Of a DNA stretch of 64,000 nucleotides, positions 35,552 through 44,333 are shown one piece after another (within the stretch, counting starts at the first letter, position 1; every line of letters begins with the position of its first letter). A program made the position numbers and the translations under genes. This stretch comes from Desulfarculia bacterium (GTDB taxonomy: Bacteria > Desulfobacterota > Desulfarculia > Adiutricales > JAGVGV01), in contig OY759590.1 of assembly GCA_963662445.1 (NCBI GenBank), positions 4,232,727 to 4,296,726 of the forward strand. Reading direction: 5' to 3'. The notes below the pieces were generated by a model. The model had not been told where the DNA came from, did not search any database, and was given only the letters and a program-made list of their open reading frames with translations.

Positions 35552-35711
35552 AGGTGGTGCAGCTCAGCGGGCCAGCGCCCGTGGTTTTTTTCTTCCCATT
35601 TTCTTCCCATGAAAAATGTCCGCTAACTTCTCCGGCGTCGGTTTCACACTCGAAACCCACCGGAAGGTTTCCGCGAAACCTTCCGGATCACCATCCTTGA
35701 TGGATTTGCCA

Positions 35712-36203
35712 TCACAGGTATCGAAACAGATCCCGGTCCTTTCGCTCCTGCGTAGGTTCTTTGCTTTCCTTGAAGTCGTTTGCTTTGGCGCTCAGTCGCG
35801 CCAGGGTCCGGGCAAAGCGGCTGGAAAACACCCACCCTTCCCGGTAGCCGTGCGCGTGGTTGAAGCGGCAGACATGATCGATCAGCCCCAGGCGGCGCAT
35901 CTTGCTGCGCACCGTCTCCAATGTGCGCGAAGAAAAATCATACCGGACGCAGAGATCATTCAGGCTCGGCAGGAACTGGTCTGGTGCGTATTTCAGCTCG
36001 ATAAAGATGGTAAGGAAGACTTTCTGATGGAGCCTGCTCCCTGGAAAAAGAATCCGGGCCAGGTCATCGAGCCCCTGGAGGCGGCCTACGATGTTGTGGC
36101 TCAGTTCGATCTTGGTGCTTGGCAACTTTTTCACCCCTGCCTTTTTGGTGCAAATATGGCCCTCGCGTGAGCATGCATGCATCGAGGCCTTGTTAAAATC
36201 CAT
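35712..36203 (-). CDS. Hypothetical protein, possible wHTH DNA-binding
   Basis: Start moved to MDFNKASM. Preferred over the overlapping plus-strand ORF 35616-36170. Co-oriented with the two upstream minus-strand genes. Confidence 0.45.
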   Translation of the reverse strand: MDFNKASMHACSREGHICTKKAGVKKLPSTKIELSHNIVGRLQGLDDLARILFPGSRLHQKVFLTIFIELKYAPDQFLPSLNDLCVRYDFSSRTLETVRSKMRRLGLIDHVCRFNHAHGYREGWVFSSRFARTLARLSAKANDFKESKEPTQERKDRDLFRYL

Positions 36204-36416
36204 CCGCCGCTTCCCAGGCTGGCGGCGAAAAAAACGCCCATCCCCGAAAACCGTGCGATTCCTTGCCGGCGGTGCGCGGCAGGCCTGATTAATCAAGGTA
36301 TGTTTCCGGAAGGAAGGTCTTTCACCCGGTAACGATCCCTGGAAGGATCATGGAATGACGAAGGGCAAATCCCTTTACAATGTTGGATGCTGGATTATGT
36401 GGTCGCGGCAGCCGTG

Positions 36417-36764
36417 TTACCGACGACAAAACCTGATCCGGCCATTTTCTTTTGCTTCCCGCCTGAGCCTGACGCGCTCTCTGGCAATGGCCATGGCCTC
36501 ACTTCGAAGCCCATTTCCAAAGAGGCTCTCTATGACATAGATGGTCTCGTAAGCTGACACGTAGATCTCTGAAAACAGCCGATGGAAACGCCAGCGCACG
36601 CCCTGGCGGGTCAGACCAAAGGCCTGCTCAATCTTTTCTCCGTAATTCTTTTGAAGCACCAGGCGTTTTGTGCCGTCTTCTTTCAACCGGACATAGAGCT
36701 CGCGCTCTTCAAACATGGCTTTCAGGGTTTCCAAAAAATCCTTGTCTTTATTGGTCAGCTTCAT
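36417..36764 (-). CDS. Hypothetical protein
   Basis: 115-aa ORF overlapping the upstream gene by 17 nt. Confidence 0.5.
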   Translation of the reverse strand: MKLTNKDKDFLETLKAMFEERELYVRLKEDGTKRLVLQKNYGEKIEQAFGLTRQGVRWRFHRLFSEIYVSAYETIYVIESLFGNGLRSEAMAIARERVRLRREAKENGRIRFCRR

Positions 36765-37497
36765 TTTGCCTTCTCTGAACCCAGATCTCCGGGCCGCTCT
36801 GGCTCAGGCAAACCTCGCGGTCCTGCTCCATGAACAGAAGCGTCATAAAGCGCCGGACTTTGTCCAGGCGCTGATTGTCCGTGAGATATGGTATCTCTGA
36901 AAAGCGGACCGGCGACCAGCCGAGGCTTGATGCGATGTGCGCCTGATAGGATTCAAGGTCAAACGGGTCTTCTTCCAGGGCCGATATGGTGGCTGTTCCT
37001 TCCGAAAGGCCGATAAACGAATCGAGGTCATGCAAAAGACCAGGCAAACTTTCCAGGTTTGGCTCTTCCATTAAATTGAAAGCGCCGGACCGGCTCTCGG
37101 CCAAGGCCTGCCGTGCAGCTTCCTTTCGCGCCCTGGCCCGGGCCCGGTGCTCTGCCATCTTGGTGCGGAAATATTCCGGGTCAAACAGCCGCTCGTCAAA
37201 AAGGAAATGCGAAGCCTGGCTACTGCCGCAGGCAGCGCAGACATAATGCAGCAGCCTTTTCCTGAGCCCTGCTCCGCAGCAGAGGCTCTTTTGAAACTCA
37301 ATGGTCGGATCTAGGCGGTGGCCACTCTGGCAGCGGCATTCGCTCGGCCCGGTCATGCAAAGACCTTCCCCGCAAACAGGGCAAGAGTGCTGGCCGAGCA
37401 GGACCTGGAAGTAGAAGCCTTTGGCCCTGCCTTTGAATTCCTGCACCTTGGCTTCGATGGTCCGAATGCCGGATAAGAGAGGATTGAGCTTGGTCAT
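36748..37497 (-). CDS. Hypothetical protein with two Zn-ribbon-like Cys clusters
   Basis: CPVCGEGLCMTGPSECRCQSGH and CCGAGLRKRLLHYVCAACG. Confidence 0.5.
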   Translation of the reverse strand: MTKLNPLLSGIRTIEAKVQEFKGRAKGFYFQVLLGQHSCPVCGEGLCMTGPSECRCQSGHRLDPTIEFQKSLCCGAGLRKRLLHYVCAACGSSQASHFLFDERLFDPEYFRTKMAEHRARARARKEAARQALAESRSGAFNLMEEPNLESLPGLLHDLDSFIGLSEGTATISALEEDPFDLESYQAHIASSLGWSPVRFSEIPYLTDNQRLDKVRRFMTLLFMEQDREVCLSQSGPEIWVQRRQNEADQ

Positions 37498-37570
37498 CGG
37501 GAAGTGATTTTCATGTGGAGAGAAACCGAAAAGTATAAATACCTTTTGGTTTCCTTGAATGTCCCAGGTG

Positions 37571-37720
37571 ATGAAACTGGGAAGACCCTACAAATGCCCA
37601 TACTGCGGAAGCACGAATACGATCTGGAAAGGCTGCCGGAAGCTGAGTCAGGGGAAAGTACGCCTGCGGCGGTGCAAGACCTGCAAGCGCAAATTTACGA
37701 CCAGGGCCAGGGTGGAGTAA
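37571..37720 (+). CDS. 49-aa Zn-ribbon protein (IS1 InsA-like CxxC...CxxC finger), not in the ORF track
   Basis: Reads MKLGRPYKCPYCGSTNTIWKGCRKLSQGKVRLRRCKTCKRKFTTRARVE. The stop TAA overlaps the next ATG (TAATG). Confidence 0.55.
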   Translation: MKLGRPYKCPYCGSTNTIWKGCRKLSQGKVRLRRCKTCKRKFTTRARVE

Positions 37721-37974
37721 TGATGGCGGCAATGTTTGAGGTTGATGACCCGCCGAGGGATTGGGGCTCGTATGATGCCATAGCGGAGCTACGGAGGATT
37801 TCCGATCTGCATGATTTCTTGAAGGCTTCGGATGAGCGCATCCGAAATCTTTTGCTGTCGCTTCCAGATGATTCCGAGGACGTTCTTCAGGAGCGGGCCT
37901 TTTTTCAGGCGGCCCGAAAGGAACTCTGCAAGCATGAGCTCAAAATGGCCTTCAAGGAAGTTGGCCTGGTCTGA
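37720..37974 (+). CDS. Hypothetical 84-aa protein (3' part of track ORF 37504-37974)
   Basis: MMAAMFEVDDPPRDW..., coupled to the Zn-ribbon ORF. The 5' part of the track ORF is probably non-coding or out of frame. Confidence 0.45.
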   Translation: MMAAMFEVDDPPRDWGSYDAIAELRRISDLHDFLKASDERIRNLLLSLPDDSEDVLQERAFFQAARKELCKHELKMAFKEVGLV

Positions 37975-39238
37975 ACTGTCGGCCTGGAATCCTTCCAAGC
38001 AGCCTTGCGACGACTTCTTCGGGGAGGACCCCGGAAATCTCCCGCGTGTTGCCATAGCGCCCTTTTGAAACTACGCGGGCGTTGACGAGGCCGTACAGGT
38101 CCAGGAAACTGATCATGTCGGAAAAGCGCCTCTGGGTCAGGGGCCGGATCATTTCCTTGCCGCACAGATCGATATAGACGGAATACACCTGGCCGGTGGA
38201 GGCTTTCCTAACGCCGCCCGTAATCACCCGGTAGCAGGAGAGGAGCGCGAGGCGCTGCTGCGCGGCCAATGAGCGGATCAATTCTTCGGTCTTGTCCACT
38301 TCGAGTGTGTATTCGGCCAGGTCGACTTCCTTTTCAGTCACCATGCCGGTTGTGCCTTCGGCAATCCGCACCGCTTTGACCAGAAGCTCGACCGCTTTTC
38401 TTGCATCGCCGGTCTCCCTTGAGGCGTAGGCCGCAACTTTGTTGAGGGCGGCTTCTTCAACTTTTGATCTGTCCAATGCCTTTTCGACCCGAAGACGGAG
38501 GATCTCGAGCAGGTCCATGGCGTCATAGGGCTCAAAGATGATGTCGGCCTTCTTTAGAAAGCTCAGAATCCTTGGGTCCAGGGTCTTTTCCCAATCGAGG
38601 CGGTTGGTCAGCAGGATCAGGATAATCCGGCAGCCGACCTTTCGGGGCAGGGTCTTGGCCAGGAAGGTCAGAAAGGAATCCGGGTTTGGCTGGATGTTGT
38701 CGGCCTCGTCGATCAGAAGGCAAAGAAAGCCCTTGTAGTCTCCAAGCGCCTTGATGATGATTTCCTGCATGTATTCTATCGGTATGCCTTTTCTGTACCG
38801 GCGGTCGGTCCCTTCCAGGGTCAGGGCGACTTCATTGAGCGCGCCAAAGAAGGTCTTTGGAGAGGTCAGGTCAACATAGCCGTAGCGAAATCCTATTCCG
38901 CGGCGCTCGGTGACCTTCTGAAAGCTCGAGAGCAGGTGCATCAGGGTGACGGTCTTTCCCGATCCGGTCGGGCCGTAAACCAAAGCTGAGTTTGGGTGGC
39001 CGCCGTCCAGGACCGGCGTGATGTGGGAGATGATCCGGCTGAGTTGCTTTTCCCGGATGTTTCGGTTGAAGATTTCCCTTAGAACCGCGGTTCGTTCTTC
39101 TTCCGGCAGCTTTTCATCATCGAGGTAGTTGGGGTTTAGAACCAGGAAACGTTCTTTTCTGGATGAATGGACCGCTTCGATCAGGCTTTCCGTGCTGTCT
39201 TTTGATGCTTCAGATAGGGTGATTTCGCCTTCTTCCAT
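37952..39238 (-). CDS. Archaeal/eukaryotic-type Orc1/Cdc6 AAA+ initiator with C-terminal winged helix
   Basis: Walker A YGPTGSGKT, Walker B LLIDEADN, sensor LLTN, lid motif ETGDARKAVELL, and a C-terminal wH (QRLALLSCY...TGQVYSVYIDLC...LDLYGLVNARVVSKGRYGNTREI). Confidence 0.8.
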   Translation of the reverse strand: MEEGEITLSEASKDSTESLIEAVHSSRKERFLVLNPNYLDDEKLPEEERTAVLREIFNRNIREKQLSRIISHITPVLDGGHPNSALVYGPTGSGKTVTLMHLLSSFQKVTERRGIGFRYGYVDLTSPKTFFGALNEVALTLEGTDRRYRKGIPIEYMQEIIIKALGDYKGFLCLLIDEADNIQPNPDSFLTFLAKTLPRKVGCRIILILLTNRLDWEKTLDPRILSFLKKADIIFEPYDAMDLLEILRLRVEKALDRSKVEEAALNKVAAYASRETGDARKAVELLVKAVRIAEGTTGMVTEKEVDLAEYTLEVDKTEELIRSLAAQQRLALLSCYRVITGGVRKASTGQVYSVYIDLCGKEMIRPLTQRRFSDMISFLDLYGLVNARVVSKGRYGNTREISGVLPEEVVARLLGRIPGRQFRPGQLP

Positions 39239-39323
39239 GTTCCACCGGACATTTTCCGGGCCTCCTGAGGTTTGATAGGGGACTGTTTATTTAATTCTTT
39301 CGCATCACTGGCTGGTGAAAGGC

Positions 39324-39337
39324 GGGGTGGGTGGGTA
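39324..39337 (+). other. G-string GGGGTGGGTGGGT next to the AT-rich tract
   Basis: ggcggggtgggtgggtaag, about 30 bp from the pure-AT palindrome and 86 bp upstream of the orc1/cdc6-like start. Confidence 0.5.
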
Positions 39338-39365
39338 AGTTTCGCGTGGAGATTTTTCTTTTCAA

Positions 39366-39420
39366 TTGCTTAATATTATTATATTATTTATTTCTATATA
39401 GAAAATATAATATAATAGGT
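39366..39420. promoter_or_regulatory. ~55-bp pure-AT imperfect palindrome centred on TATATA; candidate DNA-unwinding element or origin
   Basis: ttaatattattatattatttatttc tatata gaaaatataatataatagg, directly upstream of the Orc1/Cdc6-like gene. Confidence 0.5.
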
Positions 39421-40208
39421 AACATTCTACTTTTGATTTTTCCATAGGAAATCTTCCCACCTGGTTTGATCCTGATTATGAGCCCGGTTTCTTTCGCTGA
39501 TGGGCATTTTTGCTTCTGCCTGTTCGGTTGGGGGCAACGAGTTCCCTGATTGACGGCCAAGAAAGGTGCTGTGGTATTGAAAACTTAAGATTGGTGGAAG
39601 CGTTCTGCTCCGTAAGACATTATCGGGAGTCAGTTTGATGAAGGATTGAGGGCTTATTTCGATTTCTCTCTATTCTTTTTTTCCCCTCGGACGGCAGCAA
39701 CTATCTTGAGGGTACGGCTGCCAGTCCTCGGGGCTGGCTTGCTCTGATTGGAGCAAGCCAATTCTTGGCACAGGCCGCCTGAAAGGCGGCTGTGCTGAGG
39801 GACAGCCACTTTTAGGCTAATAGAGCATTGACAGGCCTTCGGCAGGACATTGGGTGAAGTGAACTCTTTAAGGGTCCTCGTTTTTGAGACGATCGAAAGT
39901 CTGGCTACATTACTGCGCACACTCATAGCAAATTATCTTGACAATTTGGCAACATAGCTTGAATATTGAGTAGATATAAGCACCCTATTGAAATCAACCA
40001 ACCGACCGCCAACGGTCCTAACAACTGAATAGATCAATCCAAAGGCCTAGTTTTCGCCCACGGGCCTTTTTGTGTTGTGCAAGCTAGCCGAAAAATCTGA
40101 GAATTTATTAATTGAACTTTTCCGGATATTTTCCCAATATTACATCTTCCGAGTTTACAGAATACCGGAGAAGTCGGTCTGTGTCAGGTCCATTCCTCGG
40201 AACCGATG

Positions 40209-41435
40209 TCACTGTTTCAAATACGCTGGCACCAACCTATCGATTTGTGCGTTCATATTCCCGGCGTGGAACTCAACATGCCTCCGTAATTGGCTGGCCC
40301 AGTATTTCCAGTCATGATTCCCTTCCGACTCCTGATAGAAATAATTAATGGATAGTTTGGTTAGCAACTCGTTGAAGGCTCGGTTTTCGGCCAAAGCCAG
40401 GGTATCCTTTAATCCAACCGTGACCATGAGAGGAAAAGAAATCAGCGCCCCATTATTGACGGAACATAGCCTGTAAGCCGAATGTTCGCTCCATTCCTTT
40501 TTGTTCTCTTCATAGGGACCAAAGACTTCGCTCAAATGCCACTGTTTTTTATGCCTGGTGATGTCCAGAATACCACTCATCGAACTGACCGAAGAGAAGA
40601 TCCGAGGGTGGCGCAAGGCCAAGACCAGAGCCCCATGACCGCCCATGGACAATCCGGCGATAGCTCTCTTTTCAGGTTGCACAGGAAATAGGTGATCAAT
40701 TTCTGGTATGAGTTCATTGATAAAGTATGACTCAATTTTGCTATCAGGATCGGAACGGCTGTCGGCATACCAACCAAACGGCTCTCCATCGGGACAAATA
40801 ATGATCATTCCGTACTGAACTGCCATATTTTTGAGCTGTTCCCGGCAATGAGTCGGCCAACTTGAATAATCATCGTATGCGCCATGAAGCAAGTATAATA
40901 TCGGGAATTTTGCCATCGGTTCTGGCGATAACGGCATAAAGGCGTAATAATGGGTGATTTTACCTCTCGACATTGAATCCAAGTTACCGAGAATTTCTGC
41001 GGCTGCTGGTGCAGGAGATTGTAACCCGTCTATGGCGGCTTGGTGATCGACATTACTCTGGAAGCTATTTTCCCCTTGAGTAGTCGGAAGATAATCATTT
41101 CTGGCAATCGTCTCAGTGTCTGCAAAATAATACTGCCTGATGTAAGCAAACCAGCGGTTGGATTTTTCAGGCGCAGACATTGCTCTATTCGATTCAAACG
41201 CCAGCATTTTCTCGAACAGGGCAGCCTTGTCATCAGGATGCGCAGTAGTGGCTTTCGTTTCTGGCTCTGCACTGCATGGCTGCGAGTTTTCCGGTTCGGC
41301 CAATACTTTTTCATTCCCAGGCATGGCCGTTGGAGCTGATGGGCCTTGTGCATTTTGGACAGTTCTGCAATTGGTCAAATTAACCAGCAGTAAAATTGCC
41401 GTGATTAAATGAAATATCTGACGCCCTATTTTCAT
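40209..41435 (-). CDS. Exported esterase (esterase D / putative-esterase family)
   Basis: N-terminal signal MKIGRQIFHLITAILLLVNLTNC. Nucleophile elbow AGLSMGGHGAL; LLHGAYDDYSSW. Confidence 0.75.
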   Translation of the reverse strand: MKIGRQIFHLITAILLLVNLTNCRTVQNAQGPSAPTAMPGNEKVLAEPENSQPCSAEPETKATTAHPDDKAALFEKMLAFESNRAMSAPEKSNRWFAYIRQYYFADTETIARNDYLPTTQGENSFQSNVDHQAAIDGLQSPAPAAAEILGNLDSMSRGKITHYYAFMPLSPEPMAKFPILYLLHGAYDDYSSWPTHCREQLKNMAVQYGMIIICPDGEPFGWYADSRSDPDSKIESYFINELIPEIDHLFPVQPEKRAIAGLSMGGHGALVLALRHPRIFSSVSSMSGILDITRHKKQWHLSEVFGPYEENKKEWSEHSAYRLCSVNNGALISFPLMVTVGLKDTLALAENRAFNELLTKLSINYFYQESEGNHDWKYWASQLRRHVEFHAGNMNAQIDRLVPAYLKQ

Positions 41436-41576
41436 GTATCATCCCCCAATTCTAGTGATATTGGCTCAGGATTCAATTTTTCATTCACCGATAAAAAGGT
41501 TCACCAGGCTCTTTCCCGCAAGGCATCTCTTATCCCCACCTCGGGGAACTTTTAAATAGGCTCTAAACAGTCTGAG

Positions 41577-44333
41577 TTAATTTTTAATATTAGCGTCCAT
41601 CACGGAACCCAATATCCCGCGAAAATCTTCCTTTTTTTCACCCTGCAACTTGTCAATTGCAGAAAGAGCAATTTTTTCATTTCCTGATTTGGCAGCGTAG
41701 AAAATAAAGTCCATAAACTTCTCAGCTATATCTCTCTCTGCACTAGCTAATTGATCGTAGCTTAAGCGCCTGAATTTTTCAAATTCTGAGGCGGTAAGCT
41801 TCGATTGGATGAACAGCTTGTCAAACCAATCTTTTTCAATTCTTTTATCCCTTATATATTGTTTTTTACCTTCATCAAAACTATATATCTGGTCAATTCT
41901 GGTTCCATATCCTATGCCAGAGGCATGACCGCCAACCCAATATTCACGCGTAACGTGAGCATAACGAGGTGGATACATATCAGTATCTATCCAATAAGGA
42001 AATGCGCATCCGGTAAAGTCAATTATCGCATGACGATATGACTTAGTGTCAAACAGGTACAGTGTTAGGCCGCTATTTCCTGAAGCTCCTGCACATCCAA
42101 CAAGTATACCCAATGTGGTAGCCTGTTCGCTGAAGAATGGGAATAAATATGTTTTGAAAGGAATCTCCTTTAAATTTTTCGAGGCAAATGGTATAAGCGT
42201 AGATTTTTCATCAACCATTGGAATACCATCTGTGCAATCAATTTCATCAAATGGGCTCTTAACAAAATAGCTATAACATTGAAACGTATCTCTAATAGTT
42301 ATTTTTTCACTATATTCGCTTGTTGCTACTTCTAAAATTGATCCTTTTTTAGACATGGCCAGCGAATTCAACGTAACGTCCCAGCCATATTTGAACTTGC
42401 TGGAGAATTGAAGGGGCAAACTCGGAATTTCTGTATCGGATATCATTTCGTGAAGATTGCTCCACTTCGCCATTTTCCATTCATTCCCGATTTTTTTATA
42501 TTGAACTTTAAACGCCCAAGCTTTTTCCGCCTCGCCTCGGCTTAGTCCTTTTGTAATTACATTTGCCAAGCATTCGTTTTCTCCCTGGCAATCAATTAAC
42601 TCAAAATATTGAACAGAGAAATGCATTATGTTTTCACATATATGTCTTTTATTTTGTGTTCTGTTCTCAGATGTCCAATAATTTAGGGCGGTTTCAATTT
42701 TATTATTTTCGCATGCCTGATAAAAATTTGTCAATATTGATCTAAATATATCATTCTTATCCATTGAATTATCTTGCTGAACTATCTTATTATTATTTTG
42801 GATTAATTGTTCATCATAATCAGTAACTGTTAATGAAACGTCCATACCTTCGATTGGTCGTTGAGAACCACGGTACACTATCGTCCAGCCCTTACCTGGT
42901 ATAATTTTTCTGTCGAAACGCTCTGCATTTTTAACTCGTACACCGGACTTCCACCGCCGTACCGCCTCAACAGCACTCGGATCATTCGGATAGCCAGCAT
43001 AGTAACTTACCGGGCCACCCGTAGTGATGTCTGCTAGAATATAACGGACTCTATACTCATCATAATGCGCTTCCTCTAACTTAACCTGGCCGGCAACTGG
43101 TTTCATTTCGTGAAGATTGCTCCACTTCGCCATTTTCCATTCATTCCCGATTTTTTTATATTGAACTTTAAACGCCCAAGCTTTTTCCGCCTCGCCTCGG
43201 CTTAGTCCTTTTGTAATTACATTTGCCAAGCATTCGTTTTCTCCCTGGCAATCAATTAACTCAAAATATTGAACAGAGAAATGCATTATGTTTTCACACA
43301 TATGTCTTTTATTTTGTGTTCTGTTCTCAGATGTCCAATAATTTAGGGCGGTTTCAATTTTATTATTTTCGCATGCCTGATAAAAATTTGTCAATATTGA
43401 TCTAAATATATCATCCTTATCCCTCGAGTTATCTGCTGGCGGCGCCTGGGGGGCCGGCTGGATCGGAAAAGTGGGAACGACCGTCAATGAGGCCATAGCC
43501 GGCTCCGGTGCTGAAGTTCCGGATCCAGAAGCGATGGCACCTGGAATAAAATAGAAATCACCCATAAGCGAGGACGTCTGCCAAGGGGTCTGTTGGCCGC
43601 CCGATTCATCAACTACCTTGCGGCGCACAGCCTTTGTTACCTCTTCGATCTTCAGACCAGGCTCAGCCATATACTGCAGCAGCGCCCCGGTGAACAAGCC
43701 ATTCCGGCCGCTTCCGTCGGCGGCCGTGGCGCCTGGAGCCGTGGCAAAGATCAGAAACGATCCCGTGGGAGCCTCCATCTGGCTTAAGCCTTGCGTTGCA
43801 CTGCGGAAACTGCGGGCAAAAGGGTTGTTGCGGCAGGCGTCCAAGATGATAATATTTGTCTTGTTCTGCGCCTCCTCCATCCGCCCCAGCAGTCGCCCCA
43901 CCGGCACAGCCTCGTATTCCACGTCCCGTTCCACCGTCATCTTGGACCCGACAGGCAAAAGGTAATTTTCGCCAGCTACCTGCATACCATGCCCGGCGTA
44001 ATAGAACAGGCCCACATCTGCCCGCGCCAACTGCTGGTAAAAGAGATCAATGGCTTCCATCATGGTCCGCCTGTTCGCATTGTATCGGCTTATTACCTCA
44101 AAACCAAGCTGCGTTAGGAGGGCAGTTATGTCCTTGGCGTCATTGACCGGGTTCAGCAAACGACTGGACTGGTATTCGCCGTTGCCGATGACCAGCGCCA
44201 CACGCTTTTCCTGCTGGTCCCGCTGGATGCCCCGGTCCACCGCCTGGGCCGCCGACACGCTCGCAAGCAGCGTGACCAAAAAAAACATTCCCAGAACACC
44301 CCCGACACATCTGAATCCATTCCTGATGTTCAT
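41577..44333 (-). CDS. Exported caspase-like (peptidase C14) protein with two near-identical NTF2/SnoaL-like repeats and a long AT-rich C-terminal region
   Basis: Start moved to MNIRNGFRCVGGVLGMFFLV (signal). Caspase motifs VALVIGNGEY, YYAGHGMQV and ILDACRNNPF. The repeats are listed as separate features. Confidence 0.8.
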   Translation of the reverse strand: MNIRNGFRCVGGVLGMFFLVTLLASVSAAQAVDRGIQRDQQEKRVALVIGNGEYQSSRLLNPVNDAKDITALLTQLGFEVISRYNANRRTMMEAIDLFYQQLARADVGLFYYAGHGMQVAGENYLLPVGSKMTVERDVEYEAVPVGRLLGRMEEAQNKTNIIILDACRNNPFARSFRSATQGLSQMEAPTGSFLIFATAPGATAADGSGRNGLFTGALLQYMAEPGLKIEEVTKAVRRKVVDESGGQQTPWQTSSLMGDFYFIPGAIASGSGTSAPEPAMASLTVVPTFPIQPAPQAPPADNSRDKDDIFRSILTNFYQACENNKIETALNYWTSENRTQNKRHMCENIMHFSVQYFELIDCQGENECLANVITKGLSRGEAEKAWAFKVQYKKIGNEWKMAKWSNLHEMKPVAGQVKLEEAHYDEYRVRYILADITTGGPVSYYAGYPNDPSAVEAVRRWKSGVRVKNAERFDRKIIPGKGWTIVYRGSQRPIEGMDVSLTVTDYDEQLIQNNNKIVQQDNSMDKNDIFRSILTNFYQACENNKIETALNYWTSENRTQNKRHICENIMHFSVQYFELIDCQGENECLANVITKGLSRGEAEKAWAFKVQYKKIGNEWKMAKWSNLHEMISDTEIPSLPLQFSSKFKYGWDVTLNSLAMSKKGSILEVATSEYSEKITIRDTFQCYSYFVKSPFDEIDCTDGIPMVDEKSTLIPFASKNLKEIPFKTYLFPFFSEQATTLGILVGCAGASGNSGLTLYLFDTKSYRHAIIDFTGCAFPYWIDTDMYPPRYAHVTREYWVGGHASGIGYGTRIDQIYSFDEGKKQYIRDKRIEKDWFDKLFIQSKLTASEFEKFRRLSYDQLASAERDIAEKFMDFIFYAAKSGNEKIALSAIDKLQGEKKEDFRGILGSVMDANIKN
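42443..42763. repeat. Intragenic 321-bp repeat, copy 1 (partner at 43103-43423, offset exactly 660 bp, ~99% identical)
   Basis: Sequence lines 42481-42720 and 43141-43380 are identical except for 1-2 positions. Track ORFs 42563-42745 and 43223-43405 differ by one residue. Confidence 0.9.
43103..43423. repeat. Intragenic 321-bp repeat, copy 2
   Basis: See copy 1. Each copy encodes DIFRSILTNFYQACENNKIETALNYWTSENRTQNKRH.CENIMHFSVQYFELIDCQGENECLANVITKGLSRGEAEKAWAFKVQYKKIGNEWKMAKWSNLHEM. Confidence 0.9.

Noticed and set aside
35616-36170. Plus-strand ORF of 184 aa overlapping the minus-strand ORF 35712-36296
   Set aside because: Its sequence is Ala/Pro/Gly-rich and motif-less. The minus-strand frame continues a co-oriented three-gene series (37497 to 35712) with overlapping stops and starts, and reads like a real protein.
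39650-39930. Group II intron 5' end (the minus strand begins GTGCGC at ~39921) or RNase P RNA (cgaaagtc, gggtgaag motifs)
   Set aside because: There is no domain V-like sequence, no reverse transcriptase ORF, and no plausible exon context. The RNase P-like motifs are in the wrong order and too few. I kept it only as a low-confidence structured-RNA candidate.
39938-39966. Sigma54-type promoter (tggcaa-N-cttga) in the 39.9-kb intergenic region
   Set aside because: The spacing between the GG and the TGC-like element is off by one and the -12 element is poor. Only a weak sigma70-like reading is retained, inside a low-confidence finding.
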